Source: Octopus bimaculoides (Eukaryota). From it: a stretch of DNA of 64,000 nucleotides. The notes below the pieces were generated by a model. The model was not told where the DNA came from and searched no databases. It saw only the letters and a program-made list of their open reading frames with translations. This document shows, in pieces, positions 24,911 to 37,679 of this stretch; position 1 is the first letter of the stretch, and the number at the start of each line of letters is the position of its first letter. The stretch spans positions 5,652,972-5,716,971 of the forward strand of contig NC_068990.1 of NCBI RefSeq assembly GCF_001194135.2, read 5' to 3'. A program made the position numbers and the translations under genes.

Positions 24911-27900
24911 TTTCCTTGCTACAAAATGGCCTCTCTTCTTCAGAGCTGGCTGGACGCGTACCTCCACCACTGAGACGCTCCCAATGTACACGTCTCTGTA
25001 TTTCTCCTCGGCTTTGTTGCAATCAGCCTTGCTTGTACTTCTTTAACCAATATTCTCATTCCTTCTTCCTTCAGAACATCCCTCTAGAATCCTCTCCCAG
25101 CCCCCGTCTTTCCTGTTTTGTTAACCAACTACTGTATAAATAGAACCTTAACGATATCAAGTTCACCAGTCTAGGAGGGTCCGTAAGTATCATTAGTCCT
25201 GTACCTTCATCCGAACTCAAAAAGCAAAGAAAGACTGCATTTGAAAATATAGTTCAAAACTGTAAGTTGAAACAATCATAAAATTACCGGACAGTATTTT
25301 TAAAACATCAGAATATGGATTCAAGGTATTCCACTGCTATTTCTAGCACCGACATAAAACTTCCCTTGCAGCAAAGTGTAAATAATAAGATATATTAATT
25401 ATCCCGCAATTTACAAACAAAAAAATATTTCACATTTAGAGATAAATAGCATCCGTTAGCGGTTGATCAAACATATTGATTTCAAGGAATGATCGAAAGG
25501 AAGTTGTGCTGTTCATGTCTTTAATATTTTATTAACAAAGTATGTGAATTAGTTACGCAATAGAATCTTTTGCATGGTCTAGGATAAGTAGTTGAATACT
25601 TACCATATACGGTCATAGATAAGGCTGCCCTATCCTTAGCATAGTACTCTCAAATACTTACCATCATAATATAATACGGTTTACATTTAAAGATAGATTT
25701 ACTAGAGTAGAATAAATGTTAGTGTCAGAAGATTGTAGTTAACAGTAAGAAAATGCGTAGAAAAAGTTTGATAAGTTGCCTCAGAAACTGTAGAATGTAG
25801 CGTCTGAGGCCTCGTTTTATTTTTAAAATAAAGTAAGGAGAAAGTTGGTGGTTGTTGCTTGGGCCGAAGACAAGCAGTACTTTTCCCAGATTGCTGGTTT
25901 TACTCCATCTAACTGTTAAATGTCTGTTCCATTAATTTTCAGAATTTTCTAAGCGCTACCAAAATAGATAACTGAATCATAAGAATTCAAGTTGAACAAA
26001 CTAAGGAAATGACATAAAAATGAACACGTAATAAACGTTAATAGTTACATCTGTCTGTTTTTCTGGCATTTCTCTTTTCCCTAAGCAACAGCAATCATGT
26101 TGCTTTTAAAAGGTATAATACAAGTGAAATGTGTCTGAATCTATAAATCTGTATGAAACCTGTTTATGCATTCGGTATTCTACATATAGAACATAAACAT
26201 TCGTTTCCTAAATTCTCCAAGTTGAACCCATTTAGCAGGTGTTGGAAATAACTAAACATATACACTTAGAAAGCATTAAGTAAAAGTAGTAATAATAACA
26301 ATAATAATAAACTTGTTATTGACATTTTGACATTTCCATCCTCATCTTAACTGAATGCAAACTTAGTTCCAGTTAAAAACCATTCAACTAATGGGATTTT
26401 ATTTCTTCTGAAATAAGTTATTTACCTCAAGTATGTCCGTATTGATGATCTAATATTACACAGCGTCGGTTTTACTTTGCTAATGCGTTCTATAGTGAAG
26501 ATACAGGGAACGGAAATAACGAAACATCGTAATACTCGTAGAGAAGAGAAATCATTTTTTTTTATTCTCTCTTTATCATTTCAGTAAAATTGTTTATATG
26601 TTAGTGAAAAAATACTTATTTGGAACTAAACGAAGGAATGAAGAATAGGTATTATTTCTTTTTGTTCTGCTTTTTCTCCCTTTTAGCATATACAGTACAT
26701 TGTAAGAGTTTTAAAACATTATTCATTCTAAAAATCTTGTAAATTTTACTAGCATTTTGCACATTTAAATAAATTCAATCCAGTTTAACACTGCTTTGTC
26801 CAGTGTGAAAAAAAAAAAAGAAAAAAAAAAATTGGACACTATTTTATCTTCTACTTAAAAACTGATTATCTTTCACAAATCTAGTCATTATTTTCATTTT
26901 ATGGACAGATGTATGCTACAGCATATTTAACGTAAAATTTGCTTCTTTTTTAAAAAATAAACTAATATCACGCTGTTTATGGGTGATTTTTATGTTTGAA
27001 ACAAAATCTTAACTTGATATCAAATCTGTGTTAATGTATCAGCACATTTTTGACCTTGTGTTGATCAGCCATTTAAACAAAAATTGAATATTATAGTGTT
27101 AGGTTTACCTAGACATCTCAAATTTCCATTAAATGTTGTGTTTTATACCGAGTTTCTTTTCACATAAACATTTGTCAAAGGATGTATTTTATATACTGGA
27201 TTATTTCGTGCGTATATTTTCTCTTTACTGTATATGTTATAGAATATTCCACAAATTTTTAAAAGCGGTGAATATAAGATCATTGAATGTTTCAAATAAA
27301 AAGACAAAACGTTTTACTTAATATTAAATCTTAATCGGCTTCTTTCTCTTTTTTTTTTGCCTTCAAAAGAATTACTTCAAGCTATTGACTACCGACATTT
27401 TCACACCGTTTCAAACTAAACAGTAATGTGTGATGTATGAATGCTTTGGAGAAAAGCTGCTACGTGAGATCGAACTCTTGATTGCGCCACCTCGTTTTAT
27501 TCGCCATTGTGCTTGTAATTTCTTTTGTTTTGTCCAAAATTCTAACAAGTACAGAAAATACTGGTTGTAGGATGCCTGATCAGATATATGATATACAAAG
27601 ATGTTGGTATTTTTCGAAGGGCTGGTAAAGTCTCAGCGACTGACCATGCCTGAATTAATTTGTAATTCTAAAGAAGAAAAGCCAATTGTAAATAGTTTTC
27701 ACAATGCCTATGTGTGATGTTGCCAGGGTTGCTTTTCAGTGGTCTTGAGGCCTGACATGTACTGAACATAAATAGAACAGGTATAGTGAAAAAGCGTCAC
27801 CTTCATATGAGGTGTTTAGGATAAACATGGATGATATTTTGTGCTGTAAAGAAGATTTTAGTATAGTATACTTCGTACAATATGATTTTCACAACTGTTC

Positions 27901-28677
27901 CTATCAGTTTTAAGATGCTGAAATAAATCAAGTCTGTCTGGGCGGAGTAAGGTGGAGTAGTTAGTATAAATGTAGAAGTAAACGTCCATAAAGAAATTTT
28001 AACGATCTTCTACAACTGCACGTCTGATGTTGACGGTGCCATCTTTTTGCTTGTATGCATATATGTATATATGTATTTATGTTTGTATGTGCGTCGCGCG
28101 TGTGCGCGTGTGCGTGCGTGCGTGTGTGTATGTGTGTGTGTGTTTGCATGCATGCATGCATGCATGTATGAAATACACAGTGTGTTTATAATAAAGTGAT
28201 TCAAATATTTTAATATCTTTATTATTCTTAGGCGTTATTCATAGATTTCACGAACGGGAAACAACGAAGAAACGAGACTAGATTGTCCATTTTCACTTGA
28301 AAACTTAGTAGACTGAGTACAGATATAAATTTCATTGAACGCATAAAAACATGGACGTTTATTATCTCAACAGAAAAAGTAGAATAATTGTTAAAGTTAC
28401 ATGTAGTCGATGCAATTAGACTCACGTTACCAAACAATATAAAGTGAATTCAAAACTTAATTGAAAATAGTATTATTCTCTTAGGCAATAGATACCTCCA
28501 TTATTATTGTTGAATGCCAAATGAAACAAGGAGAGTGTTTCTTAACTAAACTATGTCTCCGAGTTGAAACAACCAAAAAAATAGAGATACTAAATGAAGT
28601 GCAAAACACACTGCAATGAAAATATGGCTGCATCACTTTTTTTTTCAGTGTATTAAACAGTTGACAAAATATTTATT

Positions 28678-29092
28678 ATGCCGTGTGGTAAGAAGCTTGC
28701 TTCCCAACCACATGATTCTGGGTTCAATCACACTGCATGATACCTGGGGCAATGTTTTCTACTATAACCTCGAGCCGACCAAATCATTTTGAGTGGATTT
28801 GGTGGACGAAAACTGAAAGAAGTTCGTGTATGTGTGTGTGTACGTGTCTGAGTGTGTGGGTGTGTCTTTGTGCCTGTGTTTGTCCCTCACCGTCGCTTGA
28901 CAGCCGGTATTAGTGTGTTTACGTTCTCCTATTCTAGCGGTTCAGCAAAGAGATCAATTAACTTAGTACCACACTTAAAAGAAAAGGAAAAAGTACTTGA
29001 ATCGATTCATTCGTCTAAAAATGCTTTACGACGGTGCTCCAGCATGGCCGCAGTCTTCTGACAGAAACAAGTAAGAGACAAAAGGTAAAAGA
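28678..29092 (+). mobile_element. Near-full-length bipartite tRNA-derived SINE with internal (TG)n
   Basis: Head CCGTGTGGTAAGAAGCTTGCTTCCCAACCACATGATTCTGGGTTCAATC has Pol III A/B-box-like motifs; then a TG linker and the 3' end GGTGCTCCAGCATGGCCGCAGTC...GAAACAAGTAAGAG. Confidence 0.9.
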
Positions 29093-29965
29093 AATGCAAA
29101 CATATTACAAGACATTAATATACTCTCTGCCTTAACCCAGCCAATCATTTGCTTGCAACTTCCTGCTATCGCCTTGAATCTCATTATATCATTAGAGATA
29201 TCATTTTCTATATTTTAAACACTATAGAGGAATACTTCAAATTACGTCGCTAATTTACTCCAAGACATGCGATTTATCTCGAAATATGACGTAACATAAA
29301 TAAGCATTTTAAAAACGCTGTTAGGTTATAACTATTTGGATAAATTATTTGTACATATTTTCACACGTATTTTATTCGATTTTCCGCATCGTATCAGTCT
29401 TTAGGAAGTATTTTCGCTGAGAACGACGTAATGTCGGATAAATTAACTGAAGTTGATGCTTAACTTTTTGTTTTAATTTCTTAAAAAACGAAGCAAATTC
29501 GGAAAAGACGTAAATAGAAACGGCATAAGTTTAGGTATGCCTGTATTATGAATATGCGTTTGTATATTTTACATTCGTTGTATTTGTAAAAATTGAAAAG
29601 AATCCATGAAGCTCGTAGGCTCATTGAGACTGGAGTATAATAGTAATCCCTTAGCCACGTCACCAAAATCTCCACCACGATTACCACAGAACACTTCAAT
29701 AAATTTGACTGAATTGTCACTGAAAACGTAGCAAATTCTATTGCTTCCCTCAGAATAGGAAACCTAATATGCATTGGTTTAATTGACATACAGTTCAAAT
29801 GTTAAACACTACAGAAGTTTCAACTTTACGCATCTTCGTGTAATTAATTAGACTAAGGTAATTCATTGAAATTATATAGGCAAACACACAAAGACACACT
29901 CATCTATTTGTCTGTCTCTCTATCATTTGTCTGTCTGTCAATCTATCCATCTATATGTCTATCTA

Positions 29966-30018
<53 letters not shown>

Positions 30019-30019
30019 C

Positions 30020-30050
<31 letters not shown>

Positions 30051-30194
30051 GTTTGCCTGTTTCTCTTTATCTGAAGATTTTCCTTATATGTCTGACTTCT
30101 ATTCATTGTTAATGAAAAGTGTGTGAGATAATGTTTTGTTTTGTGTGTGTTTGTGTGTGTGTGTGTGTGTGTGTNNNNNNNNNNATGTGTGTGT

Positions 30195-30350
30195 CTATGT
30201 ATGTACGTATGTATGTATGTAGGTTGGTAGGTAAGTAGGTAGGTAGGTAGGTAGGTAGGTAGGTAGGTAGGTACGTACGTACGTAGGTAGGTAGGTAGGT
30301 AGGTAGGTAGGTAAGTAGGTAGGTAGGTAGGTAGGTAGGTAGGTAGGTGT
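30195..30350. repeat. (TATG)n/(TAGG)n microsatellite
   Basis: Directly visible; a similar (CATA)n/(GGTA)n tract is at 40595-40700. Confidence 0.95.
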
Positions 30351-30361
30351 TTGGGTATGTA

Positions 30362-30560
30362 GGCGCAGTATGGCCGAATAGTTAAAATACAGATTGCAAT
30401 AATGAGAACTCTAGTTCGATCTCATTGCATCTTGGACAATTTTCATTTTCACTTTCTATCTATCCGTGGCTAAAGAATATGTTTACACATTAAATCAATG
30501 AACTTCATAGATCAGTTTGATCGAACAGCTGAAAACTAATGGTCAAAAACTCTTCCCATG
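30362..30560 (+). mobile_element. Very old SINE remnant
   Basis: GGCGCAGTATGGCCGAATAGTTAAAAT...CTAGTTCGATCTCATTGCATCTTGGACAA: tRNA-like head followed by a CTTGGGCAAG-like core. Confidence 0.4.
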
Positions 30561-32554
30561 ATCCATTATTGACTATGTGTGTATGCTTGTGCGTCGATGT
30601 GCGTGAGTGTGTGGTTGAGTACGTATGTACAATTTTGTTTGTATGTTAATATGTCTGCCTGTGGAATGTATGTCTGTCTGTAGGTGTGAGTGTGAGGGTG
30701 AGTGTATGTGTTTGTATCTGTTTTTTATGCATTTCCAGGACGAATATCTGTTTACATGGATAATTTATGTTTTACTGTATGTAGCATATTGATTTTATAC
30801 TATTAGACATGATAACTGATAAGGCATCGTAAAATTAGATACCACTTCACTAGATATCCTGTTTAAATATTGGTTTGAAGAAATGGCGTTCAGTATTGAT
30901 AACATCAAAATCTTAAAATTACAAAATGTTTGTTTGTCATTTTTCATGGTTATAAATATTATATATATAAAATTTCATTATATGTTAAATTAATGCATAT
31001 ATAAAAGCCCTAAGCTGTATTTATAGTAGTTTCTGTTTTGAAAGACAATTTGCATGATATGGAGGCAAATATATCACAGTGACGAGACATTATCATAGAT
31101 ATGACATGATTATCTTAACGCAAGTAGACAAACACACACAGAGATATCTACACACACAAACATGCACAAACGAATATATATGCACACATAATAAACATAT
31201 AAACACCATCCAACGAAGGTGCCTATACTTTGTCGTTCAATGTGATAGCTATACCAGTCAACTATGTTTCTTTATTACAGGCATGTAGCCTTAACAAAGA
31301 GAGGACAATAGAAGGGCAGACAGCAGAAAACGTGGGGTACATATAACGAATGATGTTTGTGAAATGACAGATTAAATGAAAAGATGGAATGAAAAACGAC
31401 CCCCCCCCCAAGCTCGCAGTTCCATTTTACTGTTCTTTTATAGTTTCGCATCGTTTTACCATTCGTCCGTTATATATTCAATCAGATCCTCTCTCCCAAT
31501 CACACTGGGCAGATTCTCAAATCGAACATATATTTGCGTAAAACTAATTAATTCAGGAAATGAGCCACACAGTCTTTCTATCTTTTGTCTCTCCAACAAC
31601 ACCGTTTTCTCATCTGGTTCAAGCAAAGAATTAGAGAAATGCAAATGTTTTCGCCGCAAAAATTTACGTTCCAAATTTTGTCCCCTACATCAACCATTGT
31701 TGTTTGATACTACAGAAATTGCTTTTGGACTCTCTAAAAACAGGAGTAACTCTAATTTTATTAAACGCAAACAAACCAAAACAGCTTTTGAAGAGCGATT
31801 TCCTTAGACAATGTATAAATTTAGTTGTTTCTTTATGACACCTGCTACAATAAAAGAAATACAATCAAATGATATAAAACTTTTAAGGAAAGAGGTTCCT
31901 GGTGTTTGTACAGTAGTCAAATGTGCTCTAGAAACTAGCTGGTGACTCTTCAGACATGTGAATAGATACTGGAAATTTTCCAAAATTTTAAAAATATAGT
32001 AATAATAATAATGATGATAATAATAATAATAAAAATAATAATGATAATAATAATATTAATAATAATGATAATAATGGAAAACACAATAATAACCAACAGA
32101 ATAAACAGGAAGACATCAGTTTTTTTTTGTTTTCATCGCATGTGTTACAGCCTTTAACTCAATAATGATATCGAAAGAATTTTAGCAAGCGAAAGAAAAC
32201 AAATAACAAAAAAATATATATGAATGCTTTTAAGAAAAGAGAGACAGAAAGAGTAAATGTATGTGTGCAAGAATGATATGATGGAGAAAATAAAATTATG
32301 CAAGGGAGAAGATATGTGTGTGCGTGTGTGTGTGTGTGTCTGTGTGTGTGCCTTTATACGTTTATATGCAGATACCTACATATATAAGTGTATATATATA
32401 TATATATATATATTGTTACGTTTTGAGATGGTCATTTTGTCATTTTGTTTTTGCTAAACACCTGCACAATATATACTCGTTCTCTTGCAACTGAAATTCA
32501 TAAACGTATATATATATATATATATATATATTCATAGATACTTATATATGCTCA

Positions 32555-32605
<51 letters not shown>

Positions 32606-32659
32606 ATGTATGTATGTATATATGCATCTATGTATCTATTTATATACATTATGTACATC

Positions 32660-32752
32660 TTATCTCTACTTTTTCAGTCTGCTGCTCAATGGGACTGAAT
32701 GCAGTACCATGTGGCTGCAAGGCGAACTTCTGAATAGCACAGCCATGTCTGT
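32660..32752 (-). mobile_element. SINE head fragment
   Basis: GGGACTGAATGCAGTACCATGTGGCTGCAAGGCGAACTTCTGAATAGCACAGCCATG is the reverse complement of the 28678-family head. Confidence 0.65.
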
Positions 32753-34363
32753 GTCTATATACATTCACATGTATGTGTATGTATGTATGTATGCATATGT
32801 CAAAGAAACTGCTCAGGTATTTGAGAAAGATGAATATGTATATATGAGTATATATCTATATATTTGAGCATATATATCTATGTATACATGCGTTGAAAAT
32901 ATTGCATATAAGTCTGAGAAGGAAAAGAAAAAAATTGTTGCATTTGAGGTTGTATGTGTATATTTGTGAGTATTAGTGAGTATGTATGTATATACGTATA
33001 TGTTTGTCAGTTCTAAGACTATGTGTATGATTTTAAAAGAGATATAGATGAGGGTGAGATCTAGAGCATGAGTGAAAAAGATATATATACGAGAAAAAAT
33101 ATGTATATATGACCGTGCCTTAAACGATGCGAGGAGATGATTGTTGTGAGAACTGTTTGTATGTGTGATAAAGGTATCAGTAGAAAGAGGGGGATAGACA
33201 GACACAGAGAGTGTGAGAGAGAGAGAGAGATTGAGAGAGGTGGCAGCCCGCGATGATAGGCAAAAACAGTGAGAGTGAAGACCGACAAGAAAATATTGAA
33301 GAATAAGTCTAAAATTTACCCAGTGAAATAATATTGCTTAAAATAGGAAAGAAAGAGTTGTTTCTGACACTTTTGATCTTACCGATCATATATTATGACT
33401 GGTCTTAGTGGCCGGATACCAGAAATAACGGCTTCCCTGTCGGATTTTAATAGTTTTGTTTTCGTTTTTTTCTTTCTCTTTTTGCAGAAAAAACACCATT
33501 TAATTTGATGATTGTCTGAATGGTTGCCATTGCTTGAATGTAATTGAACGCAGGGCTTCTCTCCCCACAATCCCTCTCCTATCTCTCTCATTCACTCTTT
33601 CTTTTACATCTCTTCCTCTCTAATTCCCAATAGCTGCTTTTAGCTTTATCTTGTCTTCCTTCCCCCCTCTCTCTCTTTCTCTCTATCTTTCTCTCTCTCA
33701 TTTTCTCTCTTTCCCTCTCGATTTATCTCAACAATGGACACACTAACAATCTTTTGACTGAAGCAATCTTATTTTGTTTAAAATATGTATTGAATAAAAA
33801 GCAGGAAGTTTTTATTTATAGAAAATATTCGATTCACAAACGCTATTTTGTGTTTTTCACATATTTTTATGCAAAGTCAAATTCTTTATAAATGTACCGC
33901 GCGCGCATGTGTGTGTGCATTATATATCTATATCTATCTATCAAAATATGAATATATATATATATATATATACAAACACATGCTCGCACACACACATATT
34001 CACACTTGAAACAGCATTACATCAGAACACAGTATATATTACTTATAATGTAGATACAAAAGCAGACTAGTGCTAACTAAAATATTTAATCTCAGAGAAA
34101 CTTGTCTGTTAAGAAACAAAACAAAAGTCTTTTTGAAAACATTTTTTCTGAAACAAAAATATTATGTCTAGCGCCCTTATAAATTTGTATATACGTACAT
34201 CATAAATGCAATAAATATCGTTTTAAATATATTTACAGACATGACAGAAGTAAATAGACACCTCATAAAACATCGTTTTGGGTTTATTCTAATTTGTAAA
34301 GGTTTATATTTTTCTCTTATTTGACATTTTTATGTTTCAGGCTCTATATGAGACTGTTTAATC

Positions 34364-35190
34364 ATGCCATATACGAAAGAAAACTTGGAACTGTAGGAAT
34401 TTCAGAGAGGCCATATCGTGGGTCAATCCGGGTTCCTGCCTTCTACAGATAATAGAGTGATTGTTCAATTCATCAGAGAGGGGAAGGAGTCCGCATCAGC
34501 TTGCCCAGGTTGACCAGGGCGCTCTGGTTAAGGGAAGTGTGCAGGATAATCCTTGTTGCAAGGCCTTTAACATAGCAGAACAAGTTGATGTCAGTCCCAG
34601 AACAGCTGTCAGGTATCTCCACAAACTTGGTTCCTATGGCAGAGCAGCAAGGAAGCCACTTCGTTAACCAACCAATATCAAGCGGAGAAAAGTTTGGGCC
34701 AGTGAGATAGTGGAGAGGCCACTAGCATTTTGGGATTCTGTCATATTCTCTATTGAGTCCAGATTTGCTGCATTTTCTGACAGTGTTCGAGTGTGGAGCT
34801 GGAGACTCTGTGATCAAAACTTAAAAGATTACAGCGAACAATGAAGCATAGCAGCTATTCCGTGATGGTCTGCAGAGCAATTTGGAGCAAAGGTCGATCA
34901 AAGCTGGTGGAGTGTGAGGGAAACATAAACTCATATAAATATATGTCCATATTGCAGAAAGGACTCCTGATCTTCTCCAGTGGTGAAATGATTAAAGAAG
35001 ACTCCTTATTTATGGAAGATAGAGCTCTTTGTCACATGGCTAAAATGATTTGTTGGAAGAGAATGGCATTAAAAATCTTCCATGGCCAAGTCAGTCACCA
35101 AATATGTACCCTAGTGAACACTTCTGGGGCATAATGGACGGGACACTTCATAAAAAGAACAAGAAAGCATCTTCAAAGCCAGATCTTGCC
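34364..35190 (+). pseudogene. Tc1-family (DD34E-type) transposase pseudogene
   Basis: MPYTKE..FQRGHIVGQ; VSPRTAVRYLHKLGSYGRAARKPL (Tc1 HTH); FWDSVIFS; SVMVCRAIWSKGRSKLVECEGNINSYKYMSILQ; LFMEDRALCH; LPWPSQSPNMYPSEHFW (WPSQSPDLNPIE motif). Multiple stops and frameshifts; TIRs not located. Confidence 0.92.
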
Positions 35191-35719
35191 AGGCGTTTCT
35201 CTGATCCTAATTTTAAAAATGTCGCTTTTGTTTTACTGTGGAAGTCTTTTCTTATCGTTATTATGTTAGACTCTGCTACACACGAGTGAGGAAAAATTAA
35301 AATAATCTGTTTAACATTTTATTTGATGCTTTTCACTTGCAGATCCTACTTACAGAAAGAATAAAGCTTAAATCGCATGATTTCAAAGCTGAAGTCGACT
35401 AAATGACGCGCGAACACTAACAGACTTGAGGCTTAAAAACAAATATAACGTGATTTTGATAACGAAACAGAGATTGAGGATGAATTATTGGTGCAATTTA
35501 CTCTTAGAACAAAACTGATTTATAGGAAACCGTAGAAAAAAAAGGTCAAAAACATGAGCAGAGCAGAAAATAAATTTCTTTAAATCTTCCTAAAATATAG
35601 CTCGTGTTTGATACGTTATACTGAATACGTTCCAATGAAGAAATCATTTGCCGTAGTTAAAAACGCTATTTTTATTGGCGTGAATTTAGAAATATATTTT
35701 TTAAGGAAAACGAAGCTCA

Positions 35720-35742
35720 TGTGTGTATGTGTGTGTGTCTGT

Positions 35743-35825
<83 letters not shown>

Positions 35826-35890
35826 TGTCTGTCTGTGTGTGTGTGTGTCTGTGTGTGTGCGCACGCGTGCGTGCGTGCGTGCATGCATAT
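35720..35890. repeat. (TG)n microsatellite
   Basis: Directly visible. Confidence 0.95.
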
Positions 35891-36253
35891 ATATGTGTGT
35901 ATGTACTTATGTATGTATAGTACCGCATACTTATTGTCTTCTTTCTCTAGCACACATGATATGTAAGATGATGGTTGAACAATATTTTGGTTGCTTAGAC
36001 AAGACATTATCATATGCGCACACAGTTATATATTTATCTTTCTTCGTGTCTTTCGCTTTGTTGCTCTCTCGCTTTCTCTCTCTCTCTCTCTCTCTTCTCC
36101 ACACGCATACATACACTAATAAATACACCATGATTCTATCTAGCTATCCATCTATCTAGCTAGCTACATACATATATACATGTGTGTCTGCATGATTGCT
36201 TCTCTGTGTGTATTACGTATAAGTGTGTCTACATATATATGTATGTGTGTGTT

Positions 36254-36291
<38 letters not shown>

Positions 36292-37401
36292 TATGATCAT
36301 GTTTGCTTGGGAGTATGTATATATTTATATATGTATGTACATGGGTGGGTGTGTATATTTGTGTGTGTTCGTGTGTAAAGTCTAATGAATGGCTTCCACC
36401 TGTCTGACCAGACGTTCAGACGTTCGTATATAAATCAATTGCAGACCGAGATTTTTTATGTTATTTAATAGATAAGAAAAATTGAGATACATCCCAGTGC
36501 ATCTATTTTGACATATGAAGATTTATGTCTCACTGTGGCGTCTATTTACAATCTTAAGACAGTGAGTATTTTATCAAAGTCATGTAATAATATCTTATAT
36601 CAAAATATTCGCCACAGTTCAGTGGATATCGGAGTTTATATGTGATGTAGAATAAAAATTCTGCAATCTCTGCTGAAATTTATGGACACATATATATTAT
36701 TTAGACTAAAGTGCCACATCTGATCAAGAGCGGTAGTACGTTGTTTTGCTGGTTGATGACTACATAGTGTCTCTTCCATCGTAAATAAATAGTTCTATGT
36801 TATTTAGCTAGAAAAGAATAGAGTCCATGACAGTCTAAGTAAAAATGATTCATCACTTTGTGCTCTGTTATTAGTCTAAATAGGCGCTACTAATACGTAC
36901 AAGAAATTTGTTACATGAAATCTGTTAAGGGAGTTATGAATGCTTCCTTTGAGCTAAAATTTGTCAACGTAGCTCTTTCATTGGAATATAGGCAACAACA
37001 GTTATTCATGTATATGAATCTGTGTATATGGAAACGCATGAATGCCATTAAATGAAGGGATCTATATGTTTTTGATATATGTATGAGTACATGTTTGTAT
37101 GCCTATATCTGTTTATATTTACCTACTACAGTTTAGCTTCCAACAACTCCTTTTTTGCTTTTACCTATTTTTTCAGTAGTTCCAATTGTAACAAACTATA
37201 CATTCTCAAATGGCAAGGTCACCCATGTTTTGAGAAACTCAATTTCTCAAGTATTTATTCATATTGTGCATGAAACCTATACCCAGATTCCAGCAACTTC
37301 TGATATTTTTCATCTTCAAACAGAAAATTTTCTAGCGTTTAGGTTCTTAGACCAAATATGATTAATGCGGCTTTTAATTAAATGTGCTAACATCGGTATA
37401 T

Positions 37402-37662
37402 TTACTTTATGGTGTTGATGATGATTTTTTCTAAATTGTTTGTAAAACTTGAGTGCAAAGTTGCGCATAGTTCTTTCAAATTCTGACTAACCTTCTCTGT
37501 AGACTGTCTTTTCTGTTCATTTTCCGTTGCTTCTCGGGTGTAGTAATTTAATACATCGTTTTTATTAATTAGAATAACTAGATTTGGATTAATTCTCTTT
37601 AATTCCTTCAATATATCCTCGCTGGATATATTTTCATTTTCAAAATTTTCATTTTGGAACAT
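37402..37662 (-). CDS. Unassigned 86-aa ORF, head-to-head with the PLE remnant
   Basis: Uninterrupted, non-repetitive, charged ORF MFQNENFENENISSEDILKELKRINPNL...LEKIIINTIK in AT-rich DNA; I do not recognise a family. Confidence 0.25.
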   Translation of the reverse strand: MFQNENFENENISSEDILKELKRINPNLVILINKNDVLNYYTREATENEQKRQSTEKVSQNLKELCATLHSSFTNNLEKIIINTIK

Positions 37663-37679
37663 GATAAAAAAAATAATAA

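Noticed and set aside
25595-25670. U1 snRNA gene (ATACTTACC)
   Set aside because: Only the first 9 nt match; the downstream sequence is not U1.
33394-33447. 54-nt minus-strand micro-exon (EAVISGIRPLRPVIIYD) ending at a GTAAGA donor
   Set aside because: The acceptor region is purine-rich with no polypyrimidine tract.
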